Notes: generated from the sequence alone by a model not told the origin. Shown: positions 19,024 to 29,028, counted from the stretch's first letter. The stretch is DNA of 64,000 nt from Candidatus Eiseniibacteriota bacterium (GCA_041946735.1 JBHGAY010000010.1:75530-139529); one strand, 5' to 3'. Numbers and translations are program-made.

Positions 19024-20251
19024 CGATGCGGCCGGACTTCGATCCGGACGTCGATCCGTCCCGGAGCTGATAGAAGTAGGCGCCGGCCGGAAGCCTCCGT
19101 CCGTCGTCGTCGCGTCCGTCCCACTGGACGGCCTGGGCCCCCGCTGGCTGCACGCCATCGACGAGCGTCCGGACCCACCGTCCCTGCGCATCGTGGATCC
19201 GGAGCAGCACGGGCGCCGCTCCCGCGGCTCGGTAGCGGATCGTCGTCTCGCCTCGGGTCGGGTTCGGCCATGCGGCGACCGGTCCTGTGGCGAGGTCCTG
19301 CGAGCCGTCGACGCCGGCAACGTCGGTCGCGGGGATGCGCGCGACGTTCACCACGAACTTGCCGATCAGCCCCGCTTGGGAAACGGCGTCGGTGTTGAGG
19401 GTGAGCATGAGCTCCGAGCCCACGTCGGACGGCTGGGTGGTCCAGGCGCCTCCATCTCCGATCCAGTACTCGTTCGAAAGGCCGATCTGCCCAAAGAGAG
19501 CCCCGTAGGGAGCTCCGGTGTGAGGCTGCGTACCGCTCACGACTCCGAGCAGTCCTTCCGGGCCGAACCATCCCTCCGTATAGGCGGAGTTCGGCAGAGC
19601 CGGATCGCGCATGACACCGTAGGGCAGCACGACGAAGCGGTCGCCCGTGGCGGCGAAGAGCCCGGTGCCGATCGGGAGGGTGGTGGTGCGGCTGATCGTG
19701 ACCTGCGAGACGTCCGCGGAGCCGGGAGGCACGACGATGAGCGTGATCGTCACCGAACCCTCCAGGCTTGCGAGATCGGCGTCGGAGAGGTTCAGAGCGA
19801 GCCGCAGCTCCTGTCCGACGTCCGCGGGCTGGACGCTGAACGAACCCATGCGGCCCAGGAACTGATAGGAGCCGATCACGCCATTGAAGCCGCCGATCAG
19901 CGCGCCGTACGGCATGCCATCGACGATCGGCTGTCCCGTCCCGGTCCAGTTCGTCTGGCCGGCCGGGCCGAACCATCCCTCGTCGAACCGTTCGGGAAGG
20001 GCTCCGACACGAAGGGATCCTTCTGCATAGAAGATCACCTCCTCTCCGAGCTGCGTGCCGATCAGCCCGGTCGAGAGCGGCTGTGCTGTCGACGCGTCGA
20101 TCGTGACGACCCGGTGCTGTGTGTAGTCCGCGCGCGCGGGGCCGGCGGCGATGACGAGGCCGAGCGCGGCGATGGCGACGCCCGCGCCGGCGAGAAGCGA
20201 GGCGGCCAGGGTAGCTCTCGGCTTCCGGTCCACGTTCCTGCTGGTGCTCAT
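19010..20251 (-). CDS. Secreted protein with two LecA/PA-IL-like beta-sandwich repeats and a C-terminal FlgD-Ig/T9SS-like domain
   Basis: Signal peptide. Two repeats with WFGPxG, PYGALxG, ELxLxLN and G-S/K-V/F motifs. CTD PNPT...HDAQGRWVR...WDGRDDDG...GAYFYQL. RBS AGGAGG. Confidence 0.7.
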   Translation of the reverse strand: MSTSRNVDRKPRATLAASLLAGAGVAIAALGLVIAAGPARADYTQHRVVTIDASTAQPLSTGLIGTQLGEEVIFYAEGSLRVGALPERFDEGWFGPAGQTNWTGTGQPIVDGMPYGALIGGFNGVIGSYQFLGRMGSFSVQPADVGQELRLALNLSDADLASLEGSVTITLIVVPPGSADVSQVTISRTTTLPIGTGLFAATGDRFVVLPYGVMRDPALPNSAYTEGWFGPEGLLGVVSGTQPHTGAPYGALFGQIGLSNEYWIGDGGAWTTQPSDVGSELMLTLNTDAVSQAGLIGKFVVNVARIPATDVAGVDGSQDLATGPVAAWPNPTRGETTIRYRAAGAAPVLLRIHDAQGRWVRTLVDGVQPAGAQAVQWDGRDDDGRRLPAGAYFYQLRDGSTSGSKSGRIVILD

Positions 20252-20283
20252 CGAAGGTTCCTCCTGCCGTTCCGGCGTCTCTT

Positions 20284-20358
20284 GCGTTGCCTGGTGGTGG
20301 GTGCCCGTGAGGGTTCGTTCCGGCGTTGCCTGGTGGTGGGCGCCCGTGAGGGTTCGTT
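20284..20358. repeat. 39-bp-period direct repeat between the two paralogous genes
   Basis: gcgttgcctggtggtggg(t/c)gcccgtgagggttcgtt x2. Confidence 0.85.
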
Positions 20359-20391
20359 GGCTGCTCCGGTCGCGAGGATCGGCGGCCGCTC

Positions 20392-21357
20392 TCATTGCGG
20401 CACCCGGATCACTTCGACCTCGAAGCGGCCGTCGACGCCAGTCAAGTCGGCGGGATCGAGGTTGAGGTCGAGTTGGAGTTCGCGGCCGACGGCAAGGGTC
20501 CCCGACCGCCAGGTGCCGCCGTCGCCGATGTAGAAGTGGACCGGAGCGCCGTCGAAGTTGCCGTAGAGGCCGCCATACGGACCTTCCGGGTACGGCTGGC
20601 CTGCCCTGTTGAAGTGCGGCAGGCCGGCGGGCGTGTAGTAGGCGTCCGAGAACTGGAGGTTCGGCGATCCCTGCAAGGTCCCATAGGGCAGGACGACCCA
20701 GCGATCGCCGAATGCCGCGGTGAGCCCCGTCGGAACCGGCAGCGCCGTTCCATCCCGGATCACGATGTGGGCCATATCGGGGTAGCCGTCCTCGATGAGG
20801 AGGACCGTCACCTGCACTTGCCCCTGCAGGATCGCGAGGTCCGCGTCGGACATGTTCAGCGCAACGCGGAACTCGTTTCCGACGTGCTGGGGCAGGAGGT
20901 GGAAGGCTCCGATTCGCCCGAGGTGCCGGTAGTTCGCGATGTTGCTCGAGAAGCCGCCGATCAACGCCCCGTATGGCATCCCGTCAACTACCGGCTGGTC
21001 GGCTCGAGTGAACCTCGTTTCCCCGGCCGGACCGAACCACCCCTCGGTCAACCGATTGGAGTCGTCGATCGTTCGCAGGCTTCCCTCCGCCAGGATGATC
21101 ACCTCTCCGTTCGATGTGGCGGGGATGAAGCCGGTCGGGACGGGCTGCGTGGTCGTCGAGTCGATCACGACGACATGGCTTTCATAGGACTGCGCGGCCG
21201 CCGGCGACGGAGCGACCGCGAGCAGGAGCGCGAGCGCCAGCGCCAGCGAGGGGCAGGAAGCGACTGCCAGCCCCCGTGGAGGGACAGCGGCTTGGTGTGT
21301 CGTGCGGGTCGCGACCTGGAGACGTCGGACCGCGGAGAGTCTATCGCGCGGGAACAT
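20392..21357 (-). CDS. Secreted paralogue with two LecA/PA-IL-like repeats and no CTD
   Basis: RBS AAGGAG, signal peptide ending AAAQS. Shares EGSLR, EGWFGPAG, DGMPYGALIGGF, ALNxSDADLA and YWIGDGG/FYIGDGG with the downstream gene. This is the true CDS within the 20392..23919 ORF. Confidence 0.75.
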   Translation of the reverse strand: MFPRDRLSAVRRLQVATRTTHQAAVPPRGLAVASCPSLALALALLLAVAPSPAAAQSYESHVVVIDSTTTQPVPTGFIPATSNGEVIILAEGSLRTIDDSNRLTEGWFGPAGETRFTRADQPVVDGMPYGALIGGFSSNIANYRHLGRIGAFHLLPQHVGNEFRVALNMSDADLAILQGQVQVTVLLIEDGYPDMAHIVIRDGTALPVPTGLTAAFGDRWVVLPYGTLQGSPNLQFSDAYYTPAGLPHFNRAGQPYPEGPYGGLYGNFDGAPVHFYIGDGGTWRSGTLAVGRELQLDLNLDPADLTGVDGRFEVEVIRVPQ

Positions 21358-21651
21358 GGTCTTCTCCTTTCGGGCCGGATCGGGCTCGGGGCCTGCCCGT
21401 CCCGTCCTCGTCGATGTCGAACCGTCTCGATGCGCGGCCGTTTGGTGTGGTCCTCGGACCTTCGGCGCCTTCGGCCTCGTGCGGCGCCCGGCGCTTGGGT
21501 CTCGGATCTCGGGTCTCGTCCAGAAACGCGTAGCCGGGGGGCGCGGACCGACATCGAATCGGAGGAAATGTGGCGGCGATCCCGGTGGAGGAAACCGCCG
21601 CAGGAAAACGCCGCACACCGGCGCGGGAAACGGACGTACAATGCGACCGCC

Positions 21652-24381
21652 ATGAACCCAATCGATCGTCCGTCGCGTTCTCGTCCGGCTGCTTCCTCCG
21701 CCCCTCGCTTCTCGCGGCTTCTCTTTCCTCTGCTTCTGCTCCTGCTCCTGCTCCTTGCGCCCGCCTTCGTCTGGTTCGCCGGCGGCGCGGGCGCGCAGCC
21801 GGCGCCGGGCGCCGCGCCACCTGCGTCCGCCGATACGCTCGTCGTCCCCTCGTGGCTCGTGATCGGCCCTTTCCCCTCCGGCGTTCGCGAGGCGCTCGTC
21901 GATCCGATCTGGCCGGCGACGCCCTCGACGCTCGCGCCGTCGGAAGGCGACTCGATGGCCTCCTGGCTCGCGCCAGGCGGGTGGGCCAAGTGGACGCGGG
22001 TCGACGGAGAGGGACCGACGGTCAAGATGGAGTTCGCTGGCGTCGACTGGGACGGAGCGACGGGGCAGTGGGGTTTCGCGGGGATCTTGAGCGGGGCTCT
22101 CGCGTGGGGGGAACTCGATGTCCCCTCGAGCGGGCGCTTCCTCGTCGACGCGACGCGTGCCGGCACGCTCTACGTGGACGGCCGGCGCTACCTCGGCAAT
22201 CCCTACTCGATCGGGACGTTCCAGGCGCCGATCCAGCTCGCCGCCGGACGCCACACGGTCCTGTTGCGGATCGGCGGCGCGGGACCGCGCGAGGCGAGCT
22301 TCCGCCTGATCCCGCAGGAGCACGGCGCGGCTTTGCTCGCCGCCGGCGCCACGGTTCCCGATCTGGTCGTCGGCGAGCCGCTCGACTCGTGGGGAGCGGT
22401 CACCGTCGTGAACCTCTCCGGCGAGGAGTTGCGCGGCGCCGTTCTGCGCTTCGGCGACGGCGTCCTGCTCGAGTCGGTGGAGGCGGCCGTTCCCGTCCTT
22501 CCGCCCGAAGGGATGCTGAAGGTTCCGTTTCGCGTGCGGAGCTTGCGGCCGGTGACCGAGAGCGATCGCTCCGCCGGCGGTTCCGGCGCTCGGACGATCC
22601 TCCGCCTGACCCTCGCGGACCGCGAGCTGTTCGCGGCGTGCTCGCTTCGCGTGCGCTCCCCGCGGGAATCGCGGCGCGTCACCTTCCTCTCCTCGATCGA
22701 TGGCTCGGTGCAGAAGTACGCGGCCCTGCCTCCGTCGGTCGAATCCTCGGCCGAACCGTCGGGCGACCCCTCGGCCGATCCGTCGGCCGGCCCCTTCGCG
22801 CTCCTTCTCTCCCTGCACGGGGCGAGCGTGGAACCCGAGCCGCAGGTCGACTCCTACTCGCCGAAGGCCTGGGCGTACGTCGTCGCTCCGACGAACACCG
22901 GCCCGTACGGGTTCGACTGGCAGGATTGGGGACGCAGGAACGCGATCGAAACTCTCGAGAACGTCCTCGCTCGCTTCCCGATCGATCCCGACCGCGTGAT
23001 GCTCGTCGGGCACTCGATGGGCGGTCACGGCACGTGGCACGTGGGGCTGTCCGATCCGGGCCGTTTCGCGGCGCTCGCCCCCAGCGCGGGATGGGGAAGT
23101 CTCGGCACCTATACCCCGTTCACCCTGCGCGAAGACGTCCTCGCAGGGGATCCGCGGTTGCGAGTCCTGTGGGAGCGCGCGATCGCGCCGGACAACACGC
23201 TCGCGTTCCTCGGAAACGCGCGAGGGCTGCCGGTCTTCGTCTTGCACGGAGGCGCCGACGACAACGTCCCGGTCTTCCATGGACGGATGCTCGCCCGCCG
23301 CGCGGCTGCCGCGGGAGCGCGCGTGGTCTACCGGGAGGTGAGCGGTCAGGGACACTGGTGGGACGCCTCCGACGCCCCCGGCGTCGACTGCGTCGATCTC
23401 CCCGAGATGATGGAGTTCCTGCGGGCGCAGCGGCGCGACACCGCTCCAGACACGATCACGCTCGCGACGGCCGACGTCGGCACGTGCGACCGTTCCCACT
23501 GGCTGCGGATCGTGGAAGGCGATCGCCCGTTCTCGCGGGTCGAGGTGAGCGCGCGCCGGACCACGGGGGGCGCGAGCGGCACGGACGGCGCGGGCGGCGC
23601 CACCCGCGGCTTCGCGATCGAGACCCGCGGCGCGCGAGCGATCGCCATCGATCCCGCCGGCCTCTGCTCGCCGGGCAGGATCCCGCTCACGATCGACGGC
23701 GCGAGCTTCACGCCCGACTGGCGGGCCGGCGAGATCCTCCTCGCGCGAGGCCCGAAGGGATGGTCGATCGCCGGCGGCCGATCGAAAGACGAGCAGGACG
23801 TCCGGCGGCGCGCCGCGATCAAGGAGCCGTACTTCGAGCCGTTCCTTCTCGTCTACGGGACCGCCGGGACCGGCGCGGAGACGGAAGCCGCGCGCCGCCT
23901 GGCGGTCCTCGACGCCCAAGGCTGGCTCCTGCGTGCGGACGGATACGCCGAGGTCATGGCCGACCGGGACGTGCCCGCCTCGCTTCTCGCCTCGCGCAAC
24001 CTGATCCTCTACGGCACGCCGGGGACGAACGCCCTCCTCGAGCGCATGGCGCCGAGCCTTCCGATCCGGGTCGGCCGCGACGGAGTCGCGCTCGCCGGCC
24101 GGCGCTACCCGTCGGCGCCCGGGGATCCGCTCGCCGTCCGCTTCGCGTACGTGAACCCGCTTGCCCCGGAGCGCCTCATCGAAGTGATCGCCGGGACCGA
24201 CGTCGAAGGGCTCGAGCTGGCCGCCGCGTCGAACCCGTGCTACTCCAGCTCCGGATATCCCGACTTCGTCGTCTACGGCAAGGAGGCGCGCCGTTCGGGC
24301 TGGGGCGGGATGCGCGCCGCCGGCTTCTTCGACCGCGGCGGGACGATCGACGCCTCGAGCGAGGACGTCTACTTGCGCTGA
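21652..24381 (+). CDS. Secreted alpha/beta-hydrolase (prolyl oligopeptidase/esterase-like) multidomain protein
   Basis: Signal peptide, LSLHGA, GHSMGG nucleophile elbow, HGGADDNVP, GHWW. Confidence 0.8.
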   Translation: MNPIDRPSRSRPAASSAPRFSRLLFPLLLLLLLLLAPAFVWFAGGAGAQPAPGAAPPASADTLVVPSWLVIGPFPSGVREALVDPIWPATPSTLAPSEGDSMASWLAPGGWAKWTRVDGEGPTVKMEFAGVDWDGATGQWGFAGILSGALAWGELDVPSSGRFLVDATRAGTLYVDGRRYLGNPYSIGTFQAPIQLAAGRHTVLLRIGGAGPREASFRLIPQEHGAALLAAGATVPDLVVGEPLDSWGAVTVVNLSGEELRGAVLRFGDGVLLESVEAAVPVLPPEGMLKVPFRVRSLRPVTESDRSAGGSGARTILRLTLADRELFAACSLRVRSPRESRRVTFLSSIDGSVQKYAALPPSVESSAEPSGDPSADPSAGPFALLLSLHGASVEPEPQVDSYSPKAWAYVVAPTNTGPYGFDWQDWGRRNAIETLENVLARFPIDPDRVMLVGHSMGGHGTWHVGLSDPGRFAALAPSAGWGSLGTYTPFTLREDVLAGDPRLRVLWERAIAPDNTLAFLGNARGLPVFVLHGGADDNVPVFHGRMLARRAAAAGARVVYREVSGQGHWWDASDAPGVDCVDLPEMMEFLRAQRRDTAPDTITLATADVGTCDRSHWLRIVEGDRPFSRVEVSARRTTGGASGTDGAGGATRGFAIETRGARAIAIDPAGLCSPGRIPLTIDGASFTPDWRAGEILLARGPKGWSIAGGRSKDEQDVRRRAAIKEPYFEPFLLVYGTAGTGAETEAARRLAVLDAQGWLLRADGYAEVMADRDVPASLLASRNLILYGTPGTNALLERMAPSLPIRVGRDGVALAGRRYPSAPGDPLAVRFAYVNPLAPERLIEVIAGTDVEGLELAAASNPCYSSSGYPDFVVYGKEARRSGWGGMRAAGFFDRGGTIDASSEDVYLR

Positions 24382-24433
24382 GACCCGAAGCGGTGCGCCG
24401 CGCGCGGCCCAGCGCCGCGCGTCGCGCGGCCGC

Positions 24434-26161
24434 TCAGCGGGGCGAGCGGCCGAACTCGAGCGACGGGTCGGGGAACTCCACCTGCGGCAGGATCCGCAAC
24501 ACCGTGCTCGTCATGACGGAGAAGGTGGGTGGCGCCGGCTCGTCGGTCCGCCAAGCGACCTCGATCCGAACCGGGGGCGAGGAGGCCTTCCTCGAGCCGA
24601 GAAGCAGGCCGAAGCCGGCGCCGGCTCTGGCTCTCTCCGTATCGATCGATCCGTCGCGCGAAGGAAGAGCCGCATCGACGAAGGCGTTTGCGCCGATGCC
24701 GGTCCACAGCACCTCCCAGCCGCTCCAGATCCTCTCCTCGAGCGTCAGCAGGAGGTAGTCCCTCACCTCGAACTCACGCACGGGGAAGCCGCGCAGGCCG
24801 GTTTCGGTGCCGAGGTAGTGCACCATCGTCGGCTCGCGCTCCCTGCCGACGTTGCCGAGGAGTTGGAGGATCGTCAGCGATCTCGCGAACGGCTGCCACC
24901 CGATCGAAGCGAGGCCGACGACGTTGCGAGGCCCGAGGCTGCGGTCCGACTGCACGAAGAGGCTCCCGGTCGCCTCGACCGAAAGGCCGATCTTGTGCCA
25001 AGGGTAGGCGCCCGCCGCGAACCGGGTCCGTATTGCGAAGGCGCGGTCCGGCTCGTCGATCCCCTCGAGGTTCGGACCGAACGCCACCTGGCCCGACCAT
25101 CCCACCGGGACGTCCTCCACGTTGCCGTAGCGGAGCAGGTTCTCTCCTTGGACGAAGCGGCGCTTCATCCATCCGAGGAAGACGAGCGGGCCGCGGAAGC
25201 GATGGTCCTCGAAGCGTGGCGGCGGCGCATATCCGGGCTCGATCGCCTCCGGACTGCCTCGGGGGCGCATCCGGCGGTCGACCCATCCGGCGCCGATCGC
25301 GACTTTGCTTGCGCCGCCCGGATAGCGGCCGATGTACCCTCCCCATTCCTCGGACCGGTAGGGAGAGTTGCCGATCTCCGTCCCGCGATCGAAGAAGCGT
25401 TGCTGGCCGCGCGCTGCGATCCCGAACGTTCCCCATCCGATGTGATCGAACACCGTCTCGACGGGACGAGTGACGTACGCGCTCGCCTGGTCCGCATCCT
25501 GGAAGTCGTAGTAGACGATCGTCGCGACGGCGCGGGTGCGAAACGGCCGCCAGAGGTCCGCTCCGATCAAGGCTCCGGGCTGATCGCTCGACACGACCTG
25601 TGTCCAGCGCAAGGCGTGGCCGGATCCGAGCAGGTTCTTCTCGCGCACTCCGAATGTCCACTCCGTCAGCCCGGCCTTTTTCTCGAACGACGCATCGAGA
25701 CCGAGCGTCCAGAGGTCCTGCGTACGTACGACGACCGTCCGGCCGCTGTCGGTCGGCACTGCCCGCACGCTGGCCCATTCGAAGATGCCGCGGCGGCGCA
25801 ACAATCGCTCCGACTCCTGGAGTCGCAGGGAATCGGACGGGCCTCCCTCATGAACCAGGATTTCGCGACGCACCACCGATTCGCGGGTGCGCGTGTGCAG
25901 ATGGTTCGCAATCCGTGTCAGCTCGCCGAGGACGGTGGAGGTCGTCTCCGGGAACACGGGCAGTCGCTCGATCCGCACATGCTCGGCGACCGTTGAATCG
26001 GCCGTTTCGGAGAGCGCGCGGGCGTCAGCGGGGCTGCCGTCAGCGGCGTCGCTTCCGCGAGCGGCGGCGCGGGCGAGGGACGGGGAGACGAGGGGCGCCG
26101 GGAGCGCCGCGAGCCCCGCCAGTGCCGCGAATGCCAGGAGCGCCCGGCGCTTGACCGTCAC
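24434..26161 (-). CDS. Omp85/BamA-TamA-like outer-membrane protein (POTRA plus barrel)
   Basis: Signal peptide, TRESVVRREIL..EG...ESERLLR POTRA pattern, EKNLLGSG, LRGF motif, alternating barrel strands. Confidence 0.7.
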   Translation of the reverse strand: MTVKRRALLAFAALAGLAALPAPLVSPSLARAAARGSDAADGSPADARALSETADSTVAEHVRIERLPVFPETTSTVLGELTRIANHLHTRTRESVVRREILVHEGGPSDSLRLQESERLLRRRGIFEWASVRAVPTDSGRTVVVRTQDLWTLGLDASFEKKAGLTEWTFGVREKNLLGSGHALRWTQVVSSDQPGALIGADLWRPFRTRAVATIVYYDFQDADQASAYVTRPVETVFDHIGWGTFGIAARGQQRFFDRGTEIGNSPYRSEEWGGYIGRYPGGASKVAIGAGWVDRRMRPRGSPEAIEPGYAPPPRFEDHRFRGPLVFLGWMKRRFVQGENLLRYGNVEDVPVGWSGQVAFGPNLEGIDEPDRAFAIRTRFAAGAYPWHKIGLSVEATGSLFVQSDRSLGPRNVVGLASIGWQPFARSLTILQLLGNVGREREPTMVHYLGTETGLRGFPVREFEVRDYLLLTLEERIWSGWEVLWTGIGANAFVDAALPSRDGSIDTERARAGAGFGLLLGSRKASSPPVRIEVAWRTDEPAPPTFSVMTSTVLRILPQVEFPDPSLEFGRSPR

Positions 26162-26306
26162 GCGACGCGCAGGGAGTCGCAGGGGATCGCGCGCGCGGAC
26201 CGCGATCCCCGGAGGAGGAGGACGCGAGCCGGCGAACCGGCGTTCGTGGAGGATCGCACCGATTGCCCGCGTGCGGCCGGTCGGCTCTCGCAGGGCCACG
26301 AAGCGG

Positions 26307-26315
26307 AGGATAGCA
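26307..26315 (-). promoter_or_regulatory. Candidate extended -10 element
   Basis: TGCTATCCT on the minus strand upstream of the Omp85-like gene. Confidence 0.35.
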
Positions 26316-26480
26316 GAGCCGCTCGACCGGGGCTTCTTCAGAGGCGACGCCCGGGCCCCTCTGGCCGGCAGGGCGGGCGATTCGATATCCTTGATGCGAT
26401 TCGTTCGGCCGCTTTGCGCCCGGAAGAACATTCACCGAAGACGCCGCCAAGGGCGCTCCCCGCCCGAAAGGAGAAACCGC

Positions 26481-28151
26481 ATGAGGATGACGGTCGGCTG
26501 CCTGGCTCTGGTGTTGCTGCTCGCCGCCTCCACCGCTGCGGAAGCGGTCCAATGCGCCACGCGTCGGGTCGATCCCCAACGAGCGATGGCGGCCGGCCTC
26601 CCTCGCATCGACAAGACGCGAACGCACACCGGCGATTCCCCGATGGCTCCTCCAGACAATCCGAACGTCGGCGATTCCTGGCTCTGGTGGACCTGGATGC
26701 TGAACGGTCCGCCGCAGGCGGTCCAGCGGATGTGCACCGTGCGAGGCGAAGGAGAGCACGTCTACGTCGTCGTCGAGGATTCCCAATGGCAGACGCGGGT
26801 CAACCAGGAGGACGTCGACGCGATCGTCGCTGCGTGGGACAACAGCAGTCTTGGAATCCATCCCGACTGGGGCATCTACCAACTCGACTCGACGTACTTC
26901 GGAGACGTTCCGGACGAGCTCGACAACGATCCGAAGGTCTACGTTTTGTACTACGACTTCGACATCAATGCCGACGGCTTCTTCTGGTACTTCGACGAGT
27001 ACCCGGACGGGCAGTTCCCGTACCACTCCAACGAGTGCGAGGTGCTGTACATGAACTCGAGCGACAACGATCCGGGAGGAGACTATCTGATCTCCGTCCA
27101 GGCGCACGAGTTCGAGCACATGATCCATTGGCTTGCCGACGAGGGAGAGGACGCCTGGGTGGACGAGGGGATGGCGGAAGTGGGGATGTGGCTCTACGGC
27201 CATCCCGACGTCATCAGCTCCTTCAACGGGAACCCGGACAACGACCTCACCGACTTCGGCGGCGCGTGGGCCGATTATGTCCAGTGCTACCTCTGGTCGC
27301 TGTACTTCTACGAGCAGATGGGAGGACAGGCGGCGACCTGGGCGGTCCTGCACGAGCCGATGAACGGGGTGCTCGGATACGAGAACGTGCTCGACACGCT
27401 CGGCTCTCCGCTTTCGTTTGCGGACGTCTTCTCGAACTGGACCTGTGCGAACTACCTCGATGACCCGGCGCTCGACCAGGGGCAATACGGATACGTCGGG
27501 GAGGACCTGCCGCCCTTCACGGCCACGCTGAAGAACAGCTACCCGGTGCCACCCACGAACGGATCGGTCAACCGCTACGCGGCCGACTACGTCCGCTTCA
27601 CGAACGGGCAGCCGCAACGCCTCCGCTTCGACGGGGCCGACACCGGGACGTGGCGGCCGCGCGTGCTCTTCCTCGGTGGTGGCGTGGCGCAGCACGTCGA
27701 GGCGATCCCGCTCGATGCTTCCGACTTCGGGACGATCGACCTCTCCGACTTCGGCGAAACGACCGACGAGGTCATTCTCGTCGTAGGCAAGACGGCGCCG
27801 AACGGCACGACCAGCTATCAGTACGGCACGGAGGGGATCCCGGCGGCCGCGGGAGATCTTCCCGCATCGCTCGCGCTTCGACTCCTGCCGGGTCAGCCGA
27901 ATCCTCTTAGGAGCGGGGGAGGCGTCATCCGCTTGGAGCTGCCGGAGCGCGCGACCGTGCGCGTCGGCGTGTACGACGCCGCCGGCCGTCTCGTTCAGCG
28001 GCTCGCGGAGACCGATCTCGCGGCGGGAGTGCACCCCTTCTCGTGGGATGGACGCGACGCCACGGGACGCGAAGCGCCGGCAGGTATCTACTGGGTTCGC
28101 GCCGAGACGCAGGGACGATCGACCGCGGCGAAATGGGTGAGGGTCGACTAG
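26481..28151 (+). CDS. Secreted zinc metallopeptidase (gluzincin, M30-like) with C-terminal FlgD-Ig/T9SS-like domain
   Basis: AHEFEHMIH followed by WVDEGMAE. CTD PNP...VYDAAGRLV...WDGRD..G...AGIYWVR. RBS AAGGAG. Confidence 0.8.
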   Translation: MRMTVGCLALVLLLAASTAAEAVQCATRRVDPQRAMAAGLPRIDKTRTHTGDSPMAPPDNPNVGDSWLWWTWMLNGPPQAVQRMCTVRGEGEHVYVVVEDSQWQTRVNQEDVDAIVAAWDNSSLGIHPDWGIYQLDSTYFGDVPDELDNDPKVYVLYYDFDINADGFFWYFDEYPDGQFPYHSNECEVLYMNSSDNDPGGDYLISVQAHEFEHMIHWLADEGEDAWVDEGMAEVGMWLYGHPDVISSFNGNPDNDLTDFGGAWADYVQCYLWSLYFYEQMGGQAATWAVLHEPMNGVLGYENVLDTLGSPLSFADVFSNWTCANYLDDPALDQGQYGYVGEDLPPFTATLKNSYPVPPTNGSVNRYAADYVRFTNGQPQRLRFDGADTGTWRPRVLFLGGGVAQHVEAIPLDASDFGTIDLSDFGETTDEVILVVGKTAPNGTTSYQYGTEGIPAAAGDLPASLALRLLPGQPNPLRSGGGVIRLELPERATVRVGVYDAAGRLVQRLAETDLAAGVHPFSWDGRDATGREAPAGIYWVRAETQGRSTAAKWVRVD

Positions 28152-28424
28152 CGGCCATCGCGTGTCTCCCGCGAAGCCGCCGACGCGGCTGACTCGTTGA
28201 CGAGCGGGGAGGGGAAGAACCTCTCTCCGCTCGTCTCGTTCCGGTCCTCCGGATCGTTCCTCCGGACGCTGCGGTTCTTGCCCGCCTGGCCCCGCCTCGC
28301 CTCCGAACTCCTGTCCGTCCGCTGGTCCACGGCGCATCTCCGTCGTCGATCCCGCCGCTTCGCAATGTGAAAACGCGGTTGTAGGGTGGGAGAAAGACCG
28401 GGCCGTACTTGAAGGAGGCGAACG

Positions 28425-28901
28425 ATGCCGAAGAAGAAAGGGAAGAAGGACGAAGCCGCAATCCCGCAGACGATCCTTCGGTCGGGCTCGCATGCGCAGC
28501 ACATCTGGAAGAAGGCCCACGACAGTGCGGTGGAGACGTACGGCGAAGGACAGCGGTCTCACCGCGTCGCGTACGCGGCCCTCAAGCACGTCTACGAGAA
28601 GAAGGGGGATCGCTGGGTGAAGAAGGACGAAAAGGGTCCGTCCGATCCTCAGGCGCGTCGCGGCCCGACGACATCCCCGAAGTCGACCGACGAGCCGGCG
28701 GCCCCGACGGCGGGCGGCAAGGTCGCGAGGAACGAGAAGGAGGCGCGCGCGAAGGCGCGAGAGGCGAGGCGCGAGACCGCCCAGGCGCGCAGGAAGCGCG
28801 CGCGAGGCGCGACGGCGGGCCGCAAGAAGAAGACCGCCGCGAAGTCGAAGAGCGCATCGAAGGCCTCTTCGAGGAAGCGGGAGACGGCCAGGTCGCGCTG
28901 A
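28425..28901 (+). CDS. ChaB family protein with Lys/Arg/Ala-rich C-terminal tail
   Basis: HAQHIWKKAHDSAVETYGEGQRSHRVAYAALKHVYEKKGDRW. RBS AAGGAGG. Confidence 0.85.
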   Translation: MPKKKGKKDEAAIPQTILRSGSHAQHIWKKAHDSAVETYGEGQRSHRVAYAALKHVYEKKGDRWVKKDEKGPSDPQARRGPTTSPKSTDEPAAPTAGGKVARNEKEARAKAREARRETAQARRKRARGATAGRKKKTAAKSKSASKASSRKRETARSR

Positions 28902-28993
28902 GAGACATCCGCGGGCGACCGCGAGACAGCGGGCGGCCGGCAGGAGGGATCCTCCGCTCGGTCCGCGCGGTCCGCGGATCTCGTCAAACGAAG

Positions 28994-29028
28994 CGGCCCG
29001 ATTCGGGATCTGCTCCCGAGTCGGGCCG
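28994..29028. terminator. Hairpin between convergent genes, likely intrinsic terminator
   Basis: cggcccgattcggga-tctgc-tcccgagtcgggccg forms a 15-bp stem. Confidence 0.6.

Noticed and set aside
20392..24381. Apparent giant overlapping ORFs 20392..23919(-) and 20395..24381(+)
   Set aside because: Each is a real gene (20392-21357 minus, 21652-24381 plus) extended by the stop-free antisense frame of the other. The RBS and signal peptides mark the internal starts.
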